Of a DNA stretch of 64,000 nt, positions 58,131-64,000 are shown one piece after another (within the stretch, counting starts at the first letter, position 1; every line of letters starts with the position of its first letter). The notes beneath the pieces are model-generated. The model was not told where the DNA came from, searched no databases, and saw nothing but the letters and a program-made list of their open reading frames with translations. This DNA comes from Macrostomum hystrix (lineage: Eukaryota; Animalia; Platyhelminthes): assembly GCA_950097015.1 (NCBI GenBank), contig CATNEN010000032.1:868001-932000 (forward strand), written 5' to 3'. A program made the translations under genes and the position numbers.

Positions 58131-60085
58131 GTATTATAGACTCCACAGTACCATAATCCTTAACATCCAACCTTTTCTTTAAGCTGTTGTGCGTCACTGG
58201 CGTTCGAGCAATTGGTTTAATTCCTGTTTTGGTATCCGCTAAAAATTCAAGTCAACCACGACTGGGGAAATAAAATTGGCCGCTCAGCACAGATGTGTGA
58301 ACTGTGAAAGGAATAGGGGAAGACAAATTCTCCTCTAGGGCATCTAGTGTGGGGCCACCCACACACAGCCTCCCACACACAGACAGGAGAGGCAGAGCGC
58401 GGACTTCATAAGACGTGGTTCGCAAGCTTTCGAAATCGAGGGAAACAGCAGCGAGTGTGTTGCATGCGCGTGAATCCACAGTGCGTGAATCGCATTGAGG
58501 TCCATCCGACCATCGAATTCGGGAGCCAGGCCCGGCTGAGGGTAAGAACAAAGACGCATTTTTAACAGCCAGTAATGAAAGAAACTCCTGTAGATGGGCT
58601 AGGAAGGATAAAATCTTTGTCACAAAGCTGACTCTAGATTAGTCTCTAATGTGGGGCATTTATAGGGGAATCCGTGATTCTTTAGTGAGCAAGATTGACG
58701 GGAGAGAAATGACTCATGAGAAAGGGAAAAGATGAGACAGAGAAGAGATGAGACAGTAGAAATAAGACATGTGAAAGAGATGAGACAGGAGAGAGAGATG
58801 AGACAGTAGGAAAGAGACATGATATTTTCTCATGAGAAAAAATGGAGTCGCATGTCATTTTCAAATGAGATGTGAGAGAGATGTGGCGGGAGAGAAATGA
58901 GGCGGGGAGAGAGATGAGACTGGGGATGAGATGAGACTGAGATCATGTTTTTTCTGATCCCGGGATTTCGGGATTGAATTCCGGGACCCCGAAATCACGA
59001 AAGTCCGGGATTTTGCGATCCCAAGACGTGAGCCAAAGCGCCAACATGGCTAGTACTTGCAGGTCCATCCCATGGACTAACGTATACTTTAATGTTGTTA
59101 TACAGTTTCCAAGCTATGTCCCCTTAGTACGCCACTATTCTAAATTTCAGTTATTCCTGATACGTGACAGCCCGAACGCCTGATAACAAAGTAAAGAATA
59201 ATTGCCAGAGCTCAATTGGTTTAGGAAATTCTATAAAAATAAGTGATATAGCATCTAAAAACTTGGTTCTCAAGAACTAAGAACCAACGCAGGAATGCGC
59301 AAAATTGTATTCAACCATGATTTCACTTGCTAAGCAGAATGGGGGGTGACGCTGTTTTATAAACTGGCTAAAACCGAAGGGAACTAAAATGAACAGGGCA
59401 CAAAACAAAAAGAAGAGCCTAAATGCGGGTTCCACCCCTCAAGGCGGCCATCATTTCGCTTCGCAATCGAGTGGAGGGCTGGGTGGGGTATCGATAGAAG
59501 GAAAGACAAGGGCTTTGGATAAAAGTACATCAAGAATAGTTTTTTAACAGTCTGGAGGAGTCGGGCTTTTTATCTTTCAATGAGCGAAGGTTGGTTGGGG
59601 TTGGTGCGTGCATTCAGTCACGTGAGGTTCCTTTATTCAATGGGCTTGAAATAGATTCCAGCCCGAGTGGAACCGTCTGCGCAGACTAGAGAGGACGCCC
59701 CCTAACCCCTCTAACCGCTCTTCGTCTTGGAATGACTCATTTCGTCACTTTATTCCGGTTAGGGCCCCGCAACCCCACTTTGCGGAGGCGGAGGCGGACC
59801 CCAAGGTTGAATGAAGGCCTTAGAACAGGGGGGGGGGTAGAGGGAGGTTTAAGGGCAGAAACGGTTGGTTAGTCGGGCCCACTCCTTTCATTCATCGGAC
59901 GACAACCCCTGACTTTTTAGGCCAAAGGTTTCAAATACCACTAACTGAAGCGCCGGTTACGATTCAGTGTTTCCCTCCGATCCGCTCCCTACGCATCCAG
60001 ATTCACTTTGCTCTCAATCTCATCATAACGGCTGTTTTTACTTTTTTTCAATCATGTGTCGATAGCAGCGATACAGCCTGAACAT

Positions 60086-61345
60086 ATGGGACAATTACTT
60101 CAGCGCCTATTTGCTCCGCCGCAGCACGCCAGCAGGCCAAGATTCAAAATCGGCCAGGACGCGTGCTGCGATGAATTGAAGATTTCCTGCTCCGGCGCAC
60201 GGATATCGCGCGTCAGTGGTGGATACAACGGCGGCCGTTGCTACGGCCAAGAATCTATAAAGCCGGGCCTGGCTCTCATATTCTCATTGCGCGCTCCGTC
60301 ACATTGGTGCGGATCGTTGCGGCTTGGCGTTACAACGCGCATCAGCTCGGAGAAGCTCAGGAGACCACCTCAGGCGTGCAGTCGCGACATTTGGTTACTG
60401 CCAGTTCCGACTAGTTGCTGCTGTCACAGCAGGCAGCGGGGGCGCACTGAGCTAAGCATTAATATCGCTGGCAGTGACAGAAAACGTAGACTGTTTCTAT
60501 GCATTCGCCGATGTTGCTGCGGTTCCTCGCGCAGCCAGGAGCTACCAAGCAGCCTGCTGAACGCCAGCAGTCTCTGGCCAGTCCTGGAGCTGCTGGGTCA
60601 GCCGGCAGAGATTCGGGTTCATCATTGCTGTGTCTTGCCAAGGATCTCTAGCGAAATAGTGTCAGCTGGCAGCGTGCAACAAATGCCTGTCCTCAGCTTG
60701 CTGTACAGCGTCAGCTGCCTGATCCCCGTGCCCGCGGGCGCCCGGAACTACCTGGCCGACTCGCTTGAAGCCGAGGCGGCTTCGGACGGGCCAACCTGCT
60801 ATGCACTGAGCGCCGATGTACTTCAGCCGGGCCAGCAGCTGCTGCTGCAGGTCACCCAGGTGCCGGCTGTGGAGCAACGCGACGGCCTTGTCAGCGAGCC
60901 TCCAGACAACTTCGCTGTCCCGACCGCAGCTCTAACCTTCGGCGTCACTAGCTGGACGCCGGTGAATTTCGGCAACTACGACGACTGGCAGCCGTTGCCA
61001 TCGAACCCGGCCGATCTGGCTAGCCGCCCAGCCAGCGAAGCTTGGCACTTTGGCATCGCCGACAGTCTGCCGTGCCGCCTGCTGCCAGATGATGAACTGT
61101 CGCTTGGCGTCGGTGCTGACGCCGACGGCGTGTTTGTCCAACTGGGTGTTTACCATTGCGCGTCGAGTCCGAACGCCAGCGCAGAGGCCGGGGCTAGGGT
61201 CCGCCTACCGCAAGCTGAACCTTGTCGTCGGCGTCAAGACTTGCACTGCTTCTTGGTGCTGCCGCCTGGCATGGCAGTGCACTGCCTGGGCTGCTTCCAG
61301 ATCGAGACTGCGACCGCTACAAAGACTGCCGTGACCCAGTGCTGA
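60086..61345 (+). CDS. Neuralized-like protein with two divergent NHR (NEUZ) domains, no RING
   Basis: Single open frame 60056-61345 (first ATG 60086). A.R..GYNGG..Y....I.PG....WCGSLRLGVT is the first NHR-like unit; the second has L.PG...ALTFGVTS..P...LPS.PADL..RP..EAW. Confidence 0.7.
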   Translation: MGQLLQRLFAPPQHASRPRFKIGQDACCDELKISCSGARISRVSGGYNGGRCYGQESIKPGLALIFSLRAPSHWCGSLRLGVTTRISSEKLRRPPQACSRDIWLLPVPTSCCCHSRQRGRTELSINIAGSDRKRRLFLCIRRCCCGSSRSQELPSSLLNASSLWPVLELLGQPAEIRVHHCCVLPRISSEIVSAGSVQQMPVLSLLYSVSCLIPVPAGARNYLADSLEAEAASDGPTCYALSADVLQPGQQLLLQVTQVPAVEQRDGLVSEPPDNFAVPTAALTFGVTSWTPVNFGNYDDWQPLPSNPADLASRPASEAWHFGIADSLPCRLLPDDELSLGVGADADGVFVQLGVYHCASSPNASAEAGARVRLPQAEPCRRRQDLHCFLVLPPGMAVHCLGCFQIETATATKTAVTQC

Positions 61346-62409
61346 CAGTTTGTACACAGCTACGGGTCTATATTTTTCTCCATTGTTGTAGTTGTACAGA
61401 TTTATTCATCTGTGAAGTTTGTCCAGAAGTCCAGGAAATTGTTCTGATCCCGTCACCCAAATCTACCTAGCAACTTAATAAAGTGCATTTCGCCTTTTCC
61501 GTCGTAATCGGCCTGAAAGCGAACTCAAGTTTTCATAGGGGCGAGCGATGCGAGCAACTACTAATTATATTAGTAGTTGACCTCCACGAAGCGCATATGC
61601 TTATAGTTTTTAATAGTTTTAGGGCTAATAGTAATAAAATCCAGGGTTACCCCAAAGGAAAATAAGCATTTATTTTAGTTTAGTTTTCCTCTATTTGTTG
61701 TTTTTTTATTCTAATATCTAGCTGACACGCAGTCGTTTAACAAAAGTTGGACTTTAATCGGCTCCTGTCGAAGGAACATAGCTGTTTATCATTTTAATTG
61801 TCTACTTTAGGTAATAAATGAGCTCTATATAATCCCATTGAACAGCTGATTGATTTGCCTGCTTCAAAGTCCTATCCCATCACTGTATATGAAAGGTTAA
61901 CCGGTATTATGCACTTTTAAATGTGTAGTTCATTTAAAAACGCTTCCTGCAATAAGCACCAATTGTGTACTTCAATCAACGCGTACTTTACTTTAATTAA
62001 CTGCTTGCTTAACAGAAATTGATTACCTCAATTTGTACTTTTATTAAGTATTTCTTTCTTTAGAATGCTGACTTTGCTATAATTAATTTGCCAGCATCTG
62101 TTAATCTTCTTACTGTGTGTGCTCAAACAGTTGAGAAACGTTTTTAATGCTCCATATATATGCTTAACTGATCAATGTTAAAATGGCTCACAACTAGATG
62201 GCAAAAATAAGCTTTGAAAATGCACAGAACACTTAATAAATATGCAATTTAAGTGAATTAGTTGATTTCGAGTCTCGATGCAATTGTTTTGTAAATGCAG
62301 AGGTACTTGCCACTTTGCCTTCATAGTCTTCAATTAATTTACTTTCTAAATCCACAGAAACTTAAACTTGGTCCCCAATCCCATAAAACCTAAAATCGAT
62401 TCTGAATCC

Positions 62410-63750
62410 CAATGAATCTTATTTTAACCCCAAATCCCAAGAAGCCTTATCTAACTTGGATCCAAATTCCAAGAAACAATATCTAAGCTTGTATCCGAAT
62501 CCCAAAGAAACCCAAAATCTAACTCAGATCCAAATCCCAAGAAACCCTTCTAGCTTGACCCAAATCCCAAGAAACCCTATCTAACTGGGATCCAAATCCC
62601 AAGATACCCTATCTAACTGGGATCCAAATCCCAAGAAACCCTATCTAACTTGGATCCAAGTCCCAAGAAACCCTGTCTAACTTGGATCCAAGTCCCAAGA
62701 AACCCTGTCTAACTTGGATCCAAGTCCCAAGAAACCCTGTCTAACTTGGATCCACGTCCCAAGAAACCCTGTCTAACTTGGATCCAAGTCCCAAGAAACC
62801 CTATCTAACTGGGATCCAAATCCCAAGATACCCTATCTAACTTGGATCCAAGTCCCAAGAAACCCTATCTAACTTGGATCCAAATCCCAAGATACCCTAT
62901 CTAACTGGGATCCAAGTCCCAAGAAACCCTATCTAACTTGGATCCAAACCCCAAGAAACCCTATCTAACTTGGATCCAAATCCCAAGAAACCCTATCTAA
63001 CTGGGATCCAAATCCCAAGAAACCCTATCTAACTTGGATCCAAATCCCAAGAAACCCTATCTAACTTGGATCCAAATTCCAAGAAACAATATCTAAGCTT
63101 GTATCCGAATCCCAAAGAAACCCAAAATCTAACTCAGATCCAAATCCCAAGAAACCCTTCTAGCTTGACCCAAATCCCAAGAAACCCTATAATCTAACTT
63201 GGATCCAAATCCCAAGATACCCTATCTAACTGGGATCCAAACCCCAAGAAACCCTATCTAACTTGGATCCAAATCCCAAGATACCCTATCTAACTTGGAT
63301 CCAAGTCCCAAGAAACCCTATCTAACTTGGATCCAAGTCCCAAGAAACCCTATCTAACTGGGATCCAAGTCCCAAGAAACCCTATCTAACTTGGATCCAA
63401 ACCCCAAGAAACCCTATCTAACTGGGATCCAAATCCCAAGATACCCTATCTAACTGGGATCCAAACCCCAAGAAACCCTATCTAACTTGGATCCAAATCC
63501 CAAGATACCCTATCTAACTTGGATCCAAATCCCAAGATACCCTATCTAACTGGGATCCAAATCCCAAGATACCCTATCTAACTTGGATCCAAATCCCAAG
63601 ATACCCTATCTAACTTGGATCCAAATCCCAAGAAACCCTATCTAACTGGGATCCAAATCCCAAGATACCCTATCTAACTGGGATCCAAATCCCAAGATAC
63701 CCTATCTAACTTGGATCCAAATCCCAAGATACCCTATCTAACTTGGATCC
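62410..63750. repeat. Minisatellite, 32-bp unit GGATCCAAATCCCAAGAAACCCTATCTAACTT
   Basis: ~40 copies. Confidence 0.93.
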
Positions 63751-64000
63751 TATTCTTAAGAAACTGGAAAAGCATAAATCAAAATTCTAATAAACCATGC
63801 AGAGATCTTAAAGCTACAATATATGGTTGCTAAAATCCAAAATATGATTATACATTTTACTAAGCTTTGAGCCAACACTTTTCAACACTTGATTCCCTAA
63901 CTGCATTCTGAATTTGAGACTGCGTTCTTTGTCAAGCATTTCGCAGCTAAATTAGTTTGAAGCTGGCCTAGACAGCGCAAGGCAGGAAGGACTGCCCACC

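Overview
Intron-rich animal genomic DNA, not prokaryotic. GC-rich exons with polyQ tracts and introns filled with minisatellites suggest a free-living flatworm such as Macrostomum (inference). Five protein-coding genes were reconstructed by hand from GT-AG junctions and reading-frame continuity: (1) a CCP2/3 (AGBL2/3) cytosolic carboxypeptidase / tubulin deglutamylase on the minus strand, ~1252-15061, start codon not fixed; (2) a two-finger C2H2 zinc-finger gene on the plus strand, 19708-21195; (3) a KIF12-like kinesin, minus strand, 23077-29002, 10 coding exons, 747 aa; (4) a nicotinic acetylcholine receptor alpha subunit, minus strand, 33890-47301, 8 coding exons, 518 aa; (5) an intronless neuralized-homology-repeat protein, plus strand, ~60086-61345. 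Also present: a MULE transposase remnant, four copies of a tRNA-derived SINE (one full length with a 10-bp TSD), a candidate RFX X-box between the divergent CCP and ZF genes, and ~28 mostly unrelated minisatellite arrays covering roughly 40% of the window. Most long ORFs in the supplied track are artefacts of these arrays. The most striking unexplained pattern is that about a dozen mostly unrelated arrays carry a 5' splice-site-like motif (G/GTGAG, G/GTAAG) on the transcribed strand of the host gene, and several copy the real junction of their own intron.
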